Assembly: GCF_006345805.1 (NCBI RefSeq)
Contig: NC_042998.1
Coordinates: forward strand, 192,138,001 to 192,202,000
DNA: 64,000 bases
Reading direction: 5' to 3'
DNA from: Octopus sinensis
Lineage: Eukaryota
Part shown: positions 24,888 to 37,735 of the stretch, in pieces
Numbering within the stretch: the first letter of the stretch is position 1
Layout of the letters: each line of letters begins with the position of its first letter
Notes under the pieces: generated by a model
The model's input: the letters and a program-made list of their open reading frames with translations, nothing else
Told to the model about the DNA's origin: nothing
Database searches by the model: none
Made by a program: the position numbers and the translations under genes

Positions 24888-25670
24888 AGAAAGAGAGAGA
24901 GAGAGAGGTTTATTAGCAATTTAGCAGCCTATATATAGGATCTTTTGTTTGGCCGCTACTTTTCAATTCCTTCTATTTTGTTTCACAAGATTTCAAATTT
25001 GATGTACTGATGTAATTTTGTATGCTCATTATTAACATGAAATTCACTTTAACCATAAATCAATAAATAAACAGTTAACAACTTTTAAATTTTTCCAATT
25101 CTGAGTCATTTTTGCCAATCGAAAGCCACTGACATGTAGGTGCTTGTTTCCATTGTAACATGTCAATCGTTGGGAACTCTTCTATATAGAAAACGTGTGT
25201 TTACGAAAAACGAAAAGCGTGTGTTTGTGAAATATTTCATTTGCTTACAGTTTGCTGTTTTCTGTTCTTAAAACTAGAAAATATTTTGTTTATTCTTTTT
25301 TTCGCAATGGATACACATTGAATACTTAAAACTACAAAATATGTGTTGCTTAGTTGGTTTTTGGTCACATTCCGCTCAATAAATGCTTAAAATACGTGCT
25401 ATCGTCGCAATGTTGATATGATTGTTTTGTCGTCTTACGACTGAAGTCAAGCACAAAAATGGCAGCTTCCAAATCCTGTTATCTGACTGGGTAAAAACTA
25501 TCAAACGTTAAACCACAGTATAGCTTTCATTCTGGAACAAGTGAATTAGTCCCTGAGATTGAACGTGGAAAATTGCACTACTACACCAAACATTGATAAT
25601 GTTCACTTAATTTTAACATTTCAAAAAATGCAGCCAAACAGAAAAAATCATATATATATATATATATATA

Positions 25671-26580
25671 TAGGGGTTGGGCAAAATAATGGAAACACCT
25701 TAAAATTTCTAACAAATTAATTTTAATATGGGTTAGGACCGCCTTTGGCAGTAATTACAGCTTGAATTGTACGAGGTATGGACTTGTACAGCTTGAATTG
25801 TTTCCAAATGAATTTTTGTCCATTCTTCAGCTAAAACAGTTTCCAGTTCTTGTAGTGGTGATGGTTGAGGATATCTTGTAGTGATGAGGGTTTTCTAAAA
25901 TGCATTATAAATGTTGAATAATATTGGGATCTGGTGACTGTGGTGTCCAGGTAAGATGCTCAACTTCATTAGAATGCTCCTCGTGCCATTCAATAACAAC
26001 TTTAGCTGTGTGAATTGATGCATTATCATCCTGAAAGATTGCTTTTCCCTCCGGAAGCAGTTCCGCAAACATAGGATGAATTTGGTCAGATAAAATGCTT
26101 AAATAGTATTGACTATTAATTCTGCCATGAAGGGTAACCATTGGACCGGCTGGTTTCCAAGATATAGTTCCCGCCCCCCAAGATCATCACAGATCCTCTC
26201 TCGTATTTAACAGTTGGAAGAAGGCAGCCTGGTTTAAATGCTTCTTTTAGCTGTCTCCGCACGTGTACTCGGCCGGTGGTCGGAAATAAGATAAAGGATG
26301 ACTCGTCCAAGAAAATAACATTCTTCCACTGCTCTAGGAATCAATTCTGTAAACGCTTTGCAACGTTTGTTTTTGAAAGTAGTGGTTTTCTGATTGCATC
26401 CCGCCCGTGAAATCCGGCTTTGTGGGGTTCCCGGCGAACAGTTTTTGTGGGAATTGGGTTCTCAAGGTGGTCATTAAGCTCTGCAGTAATCTTGGGAGCT
26501 GTACTTTTGTGATCCTTTCTAACAATTCACAGAAGAGTCCGACGGTCCCTATCTGAAAGTTTTAGTTTTCTTCTGGACAC
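25671..26580 (-). mobile_element. Degenerate Tc1-type transposon, 3' TIR at (TA)n, 5' end missing
   Basis: DESSF, PTVK..GSVMI, FQDDNASIH and WTPQSPDPNIIQHL occur across three frames. TIR-like AGGGGTTGGGCAAAATAATGGAAACACC. Confidence 0.88.
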
Positions 26581-26639
26581 TCTTATAATCATTAAAATTT
26601 ATTTAACCGAAATTATGCATTCAAAATATTTATTGTTAT

Positions 26640-27620
26640 AATGTGAATATTTAATATTTAGTAGACATGCCCTTTGCATTTTTCAGTGCAAATACCCTGT
26701 GAAGCATGTTACTGATCAGATGACGAATATTGTCTTGCAGAATTTCCCGCCAAGTTTCATCCAGTAACCTCAAAAGATCTGGCTTTGAAGATACTTTCTT
26801 GTTCTTTTTATGAAGTGCCCTTCCATTATGTTCCAGAGGTGTTCAATAGGGTTCATACCTGGCGACTGGCTTGGCCACGGAAGCTTTTTAATGCCATTCT
26901 CATCCAACAAATCTTGGGCCATTTTAGCTGTGTAACAAGGAACCCCATCTTCCATAGATAAAGAGTATTCTTTAATCATTTTACCACTGGAGAAGATTGG
27001 AAGATGTCCTTTCTGCAATATGGACACATATTTATCTGCGTTTATCTTTCCTACACACTACACCAGCTCTGATCAACCATCACCGAATAGCTGCCGTGTT
27101 TCATTGTTCACTGCAATCTTTTCACATCAAATTCTTGATCATAGAGTTTCTAGATCCACACTCGACCACTGTCAGGAAATACAGCGAGTATGGACTCGTT
27201 AGAGAATATGACAGTGTCCAAAAATGCTAGTGGCTGCTCCACCATCTCACTGGCCAAATCGTTTCTCCGTTATATGTTGGCTGGTCGACGAAGTGCCATA
27301 GTAACCAACTTTGTGGAGATACCTGACTGCTACTCTGGGACTAGCATCAACTTGTTCTATTATGTCAGAGGCCTTGCAATGAGGATTATCCTCCACACTT
27401 CTCTTAACAAAGAGAAGGGTCCTGTCAGAGGGCCCAGGTTGATCTGTGCGAGGTGATGTGGATTCTTCCTCTCTCTGGTGGATTGCACAATCACTCTATT
27501 CACCGTAGAAGGGAAGAACACAAGGTTTTCGGCGATTTTGCGCTTACTATATCCAGTTTCAGAAAGACACTTTGAAATTTCCACATTTCTAAAGCTTCTT
27601 TTGTATATGGCACCATTAAA
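26640..27620 (-). mobile_element. Second, different degenerate Tc1-type transposon
   Basis: N-terminal HTH (GYSKRKIAENL..STVNRVI), EDGVPCYTAK, PWPSQSPGMNPIEHLW and a C-terminal KNAKGMSTK. Confidence 0.82.
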
Positions 27621-27877
27621 CAGTCACATAGTTACGTTCTGGTTTCAACAAATCAGTTGCAGCACAGACCTCAACGTGAAAGGTCATGGCTTTCCATTAT
27701 AGCAACGCGTGCTGAAGAAGGTGAGGCTGTTGCAGCGCAGACTACAGCGTGATGGGTTGTGGCTTTCCATCATGATAACGCATGCTGAAGAAGGTGAGGC
27801 TATAATGCCAGTCCAGAAACCAATCCACCTGAGTCCGAATACTTGAATGTATATTGAGAGATTGCCCTAGCCCGTTT

Positions 27878-28245
27878 GCCCGGAGGTCGACTTTGCCTTT
27901 CATCCTTTCGGGGTCGATAAATTAAGTACCAGTTACGCACTGGGGTCGATATAATCGACTTAATCCGTTTGTCTGTCCTAGTTTGTTCTCTCTGTGTTTA
28001 GCCCCTTGAGGGTAGTAAAGAAATAGGTATTTCGTCTGCTGCTTCGTTCTGAGTTCAAATTCCGCCGAGGTCGACTTTGCCTTTCATCCTTTCGAATCCA
28101 AATTCGGCCGAAGGCGACTTGCCTTTTATCCTTTCGGTGTCGATGAAATAAGCTCCAGTGGAACATTGGGGTTGATGTAATCAAATAACTCCCTCCTACC
28201 AAATTTCAGGCCTTTTGCCTATAGTAGAAAGGATTATTATTATAA
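27878..28245 (+). mobile_element. SINE family A partial plus head-to-tail second unit plus A-variant with (ATT)n tail
   Basis: Junction aaagaaata|ggtatttcgtc at ~28017-28036. Confidence 0.85.
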
Positions 28246-28944
28246 TTATCATTAGTATTATGAATGGTGGCAGTTAGTAGAACTGTTAGCTCGCCTGATA
28301 AAATCCTTAGCGGCATTGTGTTCATCTTAACATTCAGAGGTTAAATTCCACCGAAATCCACTTTGTTTTCCATCCTTTCCAGTACTTGATAAGTATCAGT
28401 CGACTTTCCTCTCCCTCAAAAACCGCTGGCTCTGTGCCAGAATTTGAAAGCATCGTTATGTTGTATGATGCAACAGAGGTAAAGATACTCCATTCAAGTG
28501 TCCTTCCTTATCTATTGTGCGTTAAAGTATGTAAATTCCTTTAATGTAGAGGCTTTAAGAGGTGCATTGTTATTTGCTATCGGGTCATAGTAACCTAACA
28601 AGTATTAGTCGCATCTTTCGCTGAGTTATATATAAATACACAAACAAATAAATAAATAGATAAATAAATAAATAAATAGAGAAATTGACGATGTTCAACA
28701 GAGCGGAATTTCGTGAATATTTAGGACGGAGACAGAAAAAAGAGAAAAAGGGTTATTATTAGTAACAGTGATAGAAGACAATGTTTGCTTGTTTTAAAGA
28801 TTTTCCTCTTCCTATGAAAGCTTCTTTGTGTCCATTGCACTGAGATACATTCACAGTGAGGATCTCTTAAAATTCTGACGTATATATATATATACCTTTT
28901 GCGCTATCTATTTAGGTTACCCAACGCTTCCATGCTGGATATCC

Positions 28945-29138
28945 CATGCTCGTAGTAGTAGTAGTAGCAGTCGCCGCCGTCGTCGCCGTAGTAGTAGTAG
29001 TGGTGGTGGTGGTGGTAGTGGTGGTGGTGGTAGTAGTAGTAGTGGTGGTGGTGGTGGTAGTGGTAGTATTAGTAGTAGTGGTAGTAGTAGTAGTAGTGGT
29101 AGTAGCAGCAGTAGTAGTAGTAGTAGTAGCAGCAGCAA

Positions 29139-29171
<33 letters not shown>

Positions 29172-29272
29172 TAGTAGTAGCAGCAGCAGTAGTAGTAGTA
29201 GTAGCAGTAGTAGTAGTGGTAGTAGTAGTAGTAGTAGTAGCAGTAGTAGTAGTAGTAGTAGTAGTAGTCATG
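28945..29272. repeat. Compound (GTA/GTG/GCA)n microsatellite
   Basis: Read directly from the sequence. Confidence 0.95.
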
Positions 29273-29617
29273 CTACTATTGTTTGAGTTCTAGGGGAGGA
29301 ATAAAATTATCTTTCAATAGGTTTGATATGTATGTTCAGTGATGAAGACATTGTTTAAATAATACTCTTGCGAATCTTTGAACACAAGAACTACAACCTT
29401 TTCGTCTTTTCTCTGTTTTCTCTATCATGGATAAGAGACGTTGCTCTTAGCCTTTTCTAGAGCTACGCAAATGCTGCAGTGAAGATAACTGGTTGAAGAT
29501 TACTTGACTACTATTCAGAGTAGACTGTTGAAAGTTATAAGAAGAACAAGGCCGACCAGATAGATTGAATTGATGCAGGAATTAGTACAGATAATGAGAG
29601 ATGAAAAACAATGAATA

Positions 29618-30142
29618 CCGTATAAATCCTCGAGCATAATCCGCATTTTCCCTCCAAAATTTAAAGGTCAAAATCCCTAGTGCGTACTATATACGAGGTT
29701 AAAAATGAAATTTATTTTCTAAGCAATGTCCGAGTCTCTATCTGCTGCCCGGCAATGTTTATTCAGACGCATTTTGTAATGTCAGGCGCGGAAATACCTT
29801 AAGCTAAGCCTGAAAGCAATGAAGTTATAAAAGAATCATCCATAACTTGCAGTAAGCAACATTTATTAAACGTTAATACTGTTATTACTGCTATTTCTTT
29901 ATTTTCTGCAAACAAAATGCCCAAAAAAGCTACACGTGTGCATTATGTTATTTATATACAATAATAATAAAGAACGTTACTGTATACATTTTTACAAACC
30001 AAGGACGTTATATAGACCTCCTTGACTCAAGTTAGAGACGGGGTGCGTATTATATACAAGGTTTAGGTTTTTCAGAGGTACAGCCCGCTAAAAATCCCCT
30101 GCGTATTATACTCAAAGGTGGACTATACTTGAGGATTTACGG
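29618..30142. mobile_element. 525-bp non-autonomous Tc2/pogo-like DNA transposon (CCGTA termini, TA TSD)
   Basis: TA|CCGTATAAATCCTCGAGCATAATCC ... GGACTATACTTGAGGATTTACGG|TA, with subterminal gtgcgta.tatatac repeats. Confidence 0.8.
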
Positions 30143-30401
30143 TATTCTATATGGAGATAATTGGATGTTTAGAGATCTCTAATCATTGGGGTTCTATAAA
30201 TGTGTGTGAACTGCAATGATTATTATAGCACACAAAGAAAGGCTATGCTGAGTTGGTATTTGCACTGATAGTTTAATACCAATATTAGAGTAAATATTAA
30301 GTTATTTTCTTGGATTAAAAAGTTTCAAAGACTTTCCTTTTTAAAATTATTTGATGAAGGATCGTTTATCATGAAGCTCTAGAATATATATTTCATAACT
30401 A

Positions 30402-30806
30402 CCCACAAGGGGCTAAACACAGAGGGGACGAACAAGGACAGACACACGGATTAAGTCGATTATATCGCCCCCAGTGCGTAACTGGTACTTAATTTATTGA
30501 CCTCGAAAGGATGAAAGGCAAAGTCGACCTCGGCAGAATTTGAACTCAGAATGTAATGGCAGACGAAATACCTATTTCTTTACTACCCACAAGGGGCTAA
30601 ACACAGAGAGGACAAACAAGGACAGACATGGGTATTAAGTCGATTATATCGACTGCAGTGCGTAACTGGTACTTATTTAATCGACCCCGAAAGGATGAAA
30701 GGCAAAGTCGACCTCGGCGGAATTTGAACTCAGAACGTAGCGGCAAACGAAATACTACTAAGCATTTCGCCCGGCGTGCTAACGTTTCTGCCAGCTTGCC
30801 GCCTTA
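30402..30806 (-). mobile_element. SINE family A head-to-tail dimer
   Basis: Same junction as 15981, at 30562-30581. Confidence 0.92.
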
Positions 30807-31453
30807 AAGGAAGCTCTAGAATATAGTGACTGCGAAGTGGTACAAATAGCAGGGTACTAGAATGAATTATTTCACTTGTTTCTTTCTCCTACGTACAAAT
30901 ATTTTCTTCACATCCGCCGCAATCAATGGGCTCACGCATGAACAGAAGTGGATATGCTTGTATATTCTCATCCCTACAAATATTGTCATATTGAGAAAGG
31001 AATAATGAAGAATTAAGCTACCAGCAAATGCGAATATTGCATATTAGAAACAAACTTGAATACTTTTAATGAAAACAGTTGCTTAGGAAAACCTGTAATG
31101 TCAAGTAAAACTTAGTCAGGATTAGAGAAAAATAATATTTCATAACTAGAAAACAGAGTCAAGACTATTGAAAAGTTTGCAAGACGCAACGAAAATTTTA
31201 GGAAAATAAAAATAAAAATGAAAAGTAAGTGGAAATTTTACCGGTGAGTGTGTTACATTATAAGACACAAAAAGAAAATGACTCTCCCCAGACACAACAG
31301 AATATGCTTCAACACACGAACTCATATAAAGAATTTTGCAAACCAAATCCAAAAACGAAATAGAAAAGTTTATTTTTCATATTTTGAAACATTTTGTCAA
31401 TAGTTGCTGTGTCATCATTCATTATATAATTGAATTATTTTCTCTTATTTCAG

Positions 31454-31520
31454 CTGTACCATGTACAGGTGTCTTCATTTTGTAGATAAAGCAGATGAAG
31501 CAACAAATACATTCTACTGT
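31454..31520 (+). other. Candidate 67-nt internal exon (coding status unknown)
   Basis: Acceptor ttttctcttatttcag and donor T|GTAAGT. One open frame, xCTMYRCLHFVDKADEATNTFYC; no homolog recognised. Confidence 0.3.
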
Positions 31521-33360
31521 GTAAGTGTGTGGGGGGGGATATGTATGTGTATATATGTGTGATAAATGTCTGGGCGAATTATTGAGTTTCTATAGATGAA
31601 ACTCGTGCTTATGCTGACTTAATGATGACTTTACATAAGTATAGTACTGTTGATACTACAACCATAGTAATCGAAGCGTATTGGAACGAATTCACTTATT
31701 CTTTTCAAACACCATTTCTAATCTCAATGTCAATTCTAGATACTTTATTACTTAAACCTTAAACATGGCGGTCAGCTTCGTAAAAGAAATAATTAGCACC
31801 AATTCGATCGATAAAATAACATCTAAAACCTACTACAAAACTAATAATTGAATTATTTTTGTTGTATGAAAATCAAATCAACGTCTGTAATGGAGAAAAT
31901 TCCTCTTATTAACTGTCAATGCCATTGTTTTATTTTTGTTGCCTCTCCATATGATTGTTTCTACAGCTGAAGTAATCAATCAAGGCTAATGAGAAGCGAA
32001 GAAAAAACAAATCACAGTCATTCGATTATGATAGATACGTGGAGTTTTTTCCTTTTACTTTTGCTAATGTTAAGTTACATATAATTGTATGTACAAGAAA
32101 ACCTCACTATGTCACTCGATATTTGCTATCTACAAGAGAAATGAGGTGATAGTAGTTTGTTTACCTTTACATTATTTACTTCAACACGACAGGTTTCATA
32201 ACTTACCGACTTTTACATACTGTAACAATATGAGTTTCTGAAGAATTGATTATTTGTTTTCTTCTTGAAATATATTTAGTCATTATAAAAGAATATATAC
32301 AAGGTAGAAAGTTACCCTGTTTCAAAGGCACTACTGAAAACTGGGTAGATGCTAAAGGGATGGGAAGTCTGTAACATTTCTGGAAAGCATAATTAGAAAT
32401 TAGTAATGATGAAGGGTCTTGTTTAGAGTAATTTATTTACTGTGTTGGCATTAATTATAATGATATTATAAATATATTTTACATGAGTTTCCCCGCTAAA
32501 TATAGCCTCCACACGTAATCACTGTTATTGTTACTTTTCTGCTGAAGAGAAGAAAATTCTAACCAGTTAGAAAATATTTACATATAACAATAACAAAACT
32601 ACTTTCTATAAAAACAAACAGTCTCGAACAGCAATTTCAATATATTATTTCGCAAGTCGGAATTTCTGTTTCTGTTTATATGAAATGTTGTATAATTGAA
32701 CAAAACGCTAAGATATGGAGTATGTTATTAACCTTGTTTGATTTTTATATAATGAATTCTTTTATTTTTTGTCATTCATCACAGATTTCAAGTCACACCT
32801 GAAGGCAATTTCAGTATTATAAATATTCAAAAATATAAAATACAAATGAAATACGCCAGGAAAATACAAAACATCGTAAAACACAGTACGTAAAAGGAAA
32901 AGGTGTTGGACATCCACAAATTGTATTAGATATAAACAATCGATAAACACAATGATAGATACAACCCCATTATGATGCAAAGGAATCCAATTTTGTCACT
33001 GTGTAGCTTTCGGCAAAACAGTCTGTTATGTCAATAGAATGATTAGAGTACGCGGAAGTTTGCCAATAGCAGCCATTATTTAATCTTTCATGATATATTA
33101 ACGTCATAATAAAACCGAAAGATAAGAAGTTTGACCTGCTTGTGTGTTATAGCTGTTAAAGGTAGCTAGAGAGACTGAATAGAAACGGTTAACTTCAGAG
33201 AGACAACATATAAGACTTAGATATATGAAGTATTTTTCAAAATGATAGTTTCATACAAATTCTTCATACAAATTCTGCCATGTGTGCACTACATTGTAGT
33301 GGGGGCAGATTGACAGGGTACTTCATGTACTGCACAACACAGTGTGTGGGTGCCTATGCG

Positions 33361-33413
<53 letters not shown>

Positions 33414-33559
33414 CGTGTGTGTGTGTACTTTGATACGTTTCGGCCAGTATTGGCCCGGCCCATGACTAACTTAATAGCACCACCTGGCAAAGTCAGTCAA
33501 ATCAGAAATTGGACAACATGGCCCACCCGTGGAGAGAGTTATTGTTCACGGAGACTTAT

Positions 33560-34185
33560 GCGAGTGTAGGAGGTTTATCCGGGATTTTTTGAAGGAATTT
33601 GTCCAAAGACTTCTTGCAATTTATGTGGTCTTTTACTGCTTTAATGTGTTTTGGGCTAGTTGAGATGAAACAATTGTGCTATATTGTTGTGATATGATGC
33701 GAGTATGATTTATGTTGTGGGCAGACAGTACAGGGAATAAATCTTGGGTGTATCTTAAAGGCAATGCCAATATTAATTGGGCAATGCTGATGAATATTTC
33801 CACATTATGCAAATGATGTAGCTCTCACGACAGAATTGAAGAGAATAAAGCTTGAGTTTTCCAAGTCGACCCCAGTAGTCAAGGTCTGTCATGACATCTA
33901 TCTTTTTGTAATTGACCTTTGAGGTATTTCAATTTTCATGATACTTTGTTTCGTGTGGGGAGACCACAATGCACAAGAGTATTCAAGGTGGGGTCGGGCA
34001 AACGTAGAGAAGAGGATAATGGTGTTGATATCTCTCGACAGGAAAGTTCTGAGAATCCAAGAACCCCATTTGCGGGCCATGCCACCTTTCTTGTTTATAC
34101 GAGCAGCCAGTTTATGTTGTTGTTTACAATTACTCCCAAGTCTCTAATGTCGTTAGATGCCATATATGTATGTATGCGTGTGCCC
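33560..34185 (-). mobile_element. CR1-like LINE 3' fragment
   Basis: IRDLGVIV, WILRTF, ARPHLEYSCALWSPH..KIEIPQRSITK. Confidence 0.85.
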
Positions 34186-34700
34186 TCCAAATCTACTGCA
34201 CTATCTCTGACACTTCTGTCTCCTTTCTTGATATTTCGGTCAGCATTCATCATTCCAATCTCACCACCTCTATCCACTACAAACACACAGACTCACACTC
34301 ATTATTCATCTCACACTCAGTCTCAACTCATGGCTCGCCACTTCATCCTACGTGGATATCCCCTCACCATTATCCACACCGCCCTTATCCGTGGACCGTG
34401 CATCTGCCCTCTCTTCTGCTCCCACCCCGCCGTCTCCCGTCTCCCATTTCCCCTCACCTACCACCCACCACCCTACCTCTCTAATGCACCATTCTCCGAG
34501 CCTTCCTGCGACTCCAACCCGACCCTCCATTTCGCACATCCTCCCTAACCGACCCCTCCTCTCCTTCAAACGAGCCCACAGCCTACGAGACCTCTTGGTC
34601 CACAGCTTCTTACCTAACCCAACCTCCCCACCCGGCTCGTTGCTGTGCTCCTGCCCACGCTGTTGCACTTGCCCTTACCTCTCCAACACTACCCTCCTCA
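34186..34700 (+). mobile_element. Penelope-like element fragment (RT thumb to pre-GIY-YIG linker)
   Basis: SDTSVSFLDISVSI..LTTSIHYK.TDSHS, RGYP, LPFPLTYHP and LLSFKRAHSLRDLLVHS..PG..C..PRCCTCPY occur across frameshifts. Confidence 0.82.
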
Positions 34701-34744
34701 CCTTACTTTCTATTTATAAAGAATTTATTTATTTCTATTTTATT

Positions 34745-35060
34745 ATTATGGGCGCGTTCCAGCCCGGTCCACAGCAACAAATCCAGCCACACGCTTCTTG
34801 GTCCATCATTACTGCCTCGGGGGCCTGGATACATTCCAGGTCAGTGTCTGCAATCAAATTGTCGATATAAGTGTGACGAAGTTTTCCTCTTCTTGCAATC
34901 ACCATGAAGTGGGTTCCACATGACTAATTTGGATGCTTCCATTCCAGAGTGGCGCACCCAGTGACCATATAGCCTCAGCTGTCTTTGCTTGATCTACTCG
35001 CTAACATTCGCGCAGGTTTCCATAAAGTCATTCATTTATCATCTGTGGCTGCCATTTCAC
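34745..35060 (-). mobile_element. RTE/RTEX-like LINE C-terminal fragment (second family)
   Basis: IKQRQLRLYGHWVRHSGMEASKLVMWNPLHG..RGK..TYIDNLIADT. Confidence 0.7.
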
Positions 35061-35133
35061 ATGTAGAGCCAATCGTTATTTCTAGCAGGTCGAATGATAT
35101 TATAAAGGCTCTACTACGATTACAATAGCGCTA

Positions 35134-35360
35134 GGCAAGCTGGCAGAAACGTTAGCACGCCGGGCGAAATGCGTAGCCGTATTTCATCTGCCGTTACGTT
35201 CTGAGTTCAAATTCCACCGAGGTCGACTTTGCCTTTCATCCTTTCGGGGTCGATAGATTAAGTACCTGTTACGCACTGGGGTCGATCTAATCGACTTAAT
35301 CCGTTTGTCTGTCCTTGTTTGTCCTCTCTGTGTTTAGCCCCTTGTGGGCAGTAAAGAAAT
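35134..35360 (+). mobile_element. SINE family A, full-length monomer
   Basis: Runs from the tRNA-like head to the gcagtaaagaaata end. Confidence 0.93.
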
Positions 35361-36049
35361 AAAAATTATTTTAGGTGCGTTGCACTAAATAAGCCATGAT
35401 TGAGCTTAATATTGCTAAATGGTTTCTCAGCCACCGCGCTCGACTTACTAGTTTATTGTGTCTTGGATTTCACTAATGACGTGGGTTATTAAAAGAGGGT
35501 AACATCATAATTTATTGGAATTCTCTCCACTGTTATTTCTAGCAAAGTGGGTGACCGTGTACAGATTGCCCCGTTCTCCCATTCAATGAATATAACCATC
35601 TCTATTAGTTTGGCATTCACGTTTCTGACATTTTTATAGACTCTTTTAAAGAAAAACACACACAGAGACAGATACTCATGCACACACGCTCCTAAATAAA
35701 ATTTTGCAAGATATTTTATATATATATATATGTATATAAAGTTATGTTTATACACATATATATATATATATATATATAACTGGCATTTATTATAAAGACT
35801 ATGAAAATGTCTCAGAAACGTGCATACTGAAAGTGTGTTCGTGCGTGTATCTGTGTGTGTGTATGTGTGCATGTGTGTGTGTGTGTGTGGTTTCGTATGT
35901 GTAACATTTCTGTATTTGCAATAGATATGTGGTTCTTGTCTCGTCAATGAGCCTGTTGTTGCTCGAAATTTGTTGGCGCTAAACCAGCACGATCAGACCC
36001 AACAGGCTGAGGCCAAATACACACACACACACACATACACACACACACA

Positions 36050-36162
36050 CACATGTATGCATATATATATATATACATATATAAAAAAATTACACACACA
36101 TGCAATTATATATATACATACATACACACGCTCATACACACACACACACATATATATATATA

Positions 36163-36212
<50 letters not shown>

Positions 36213-36307
36213 CTTACGCTCGGACACATGCACACATATAACATATATTATATTTATATATATGCATTATGTATTATATATATATATAATATATATATAT
36301 ATATATA

Positions 36308-36357
<50 letters not shown>

Positions 36358-36367
36358 TATATATATA

Positions 36368-36401
<34 letters not shown>

Positions 36402-36404
36402 CTT

Positions 36405-36439
<35 letters not shown>

Positions 36440-36448
36440 TATATATAT
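36050..36448. repeat. (CA)n/(TA)n tract
   Basis: Read directly from the sequence. Confidence 0.95.
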
Positions 36449-37735
36449 GCTAGCGTGTGGGAAGGAAGCCAGGCATACATAGATACATAAGTACAGAGTT
36501 GGCGTTATTAATAGAGTTTCATGGTGAAATTCTGCAATACACATTTACCGTATACAGTGACACCTTTAAGTATATTCTTCATGCCTGCTTTGCTCAGGTG
36601 AATATCGATTTGTGATGGTAAACTTGTAATTTTCAAAATAGAATTTTGGTTCTTGTTCTTTTTTTTTCTTTTTACATGTATGTTTATTTAATTCTTTTTC
36701 TGTCAGTCTAATTGTATTTATTCCGACTGAAACACCTGATAGAGCTTTAAATTGATTTAGTGCAACACTTTGAAATAAGTGTTCTTTGAGCGTGAGTTAT
36801 GATATTTTGATTAATCCACTGGGACGTTGCACAGAAATGGAACACAACGAAGGTTACGTTATGGCTGAGACTCGTTCAGTAATTTACGGAAAAAATTAAG
36901 AAATTTAATTAGCCCAGAATCTGAGAAGATGCTTCTTTATGTGTGTTTATCTGTGTACGTATGTGAGTGCAAATGTATGTGTGTATGTGTGTCCGTTTGT
37001 GTGTGTATGTGTGTCTTCGTTTGTGTTTTGTTTGAGTGACTGCGTGAATGTGTGCGTAAATGCTTGAATGTCACTTCTTCTCCACATAGAATTGCTTATC
37101 ATTTGTCTATTGTACAAATCTCTAGCGGAAATTATGAAGAGTTGCTGGTTTAAACAAATACACCACATAGATGATTGTTGCTGTTATTGTTAATTTTGTT
37201 CATCTCACTTTCTAGGTAAGCCCTGGCGTACATACACACATATATACACAAGTATACACACCTGTACTCACATAAAGACACATAAAGACATACATCCGAC
37301 AGACTTGTGCAAAGTTTCCGCCTGCCAAACTTTATTTACGAGCAGTTGTCTCGGTATGCTGAAGAACCCCATTTAAATTATGGAGAAGCAAATATATCTA
37401 TATACATAATTAATGGTGTGTTTGTATGTATGTGTTTTTATATGTGTAGGTGTGCTAAATGGCCGGTTCACATTGTTGAACATTATTTGTTATTTTGATA
37501 AATAAAACACGAGTTCCTCTGCATCAGAAAGCCACCTTCCAGAAATGCCTACTAAAAATCCTTTACTGTTGTATTCTAGATATCTTTTAATTTGCGAAAA
37601 AGTAATTCTTTATTCTACCCAGGATTTAGCTGCACAAAATATTTCCGAACAAGATGGTCTGCAATTTTAGAACATGTGGTGATATCTATGATTTGTTCAA
37701 GGACTTTAGTATTAATTTCTTTTCCTACAATAATA

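Noticed and set aside
25380-25620. Possible third Tc1 N-terminus on the plus strand
   Set aside because: There are only a few suggestive residues, stops in all frames, and no TIR.
27686-27802. Missing 5' TIR of the first Tc1
   Set aside because: It is a local ~74-bp-period duplication, and only TTTCCATTAT matches the TIR.
33425-33470. Minus-strand GGCC-loop-GGCC-GAAACGUA
   Set aside because: There is no recognisable CUGANGA core upstream.
35945-35975. UCAAUGAG...CUCGAAA motif
   Set aside because: There is no valid stem III/UH site or stem I.
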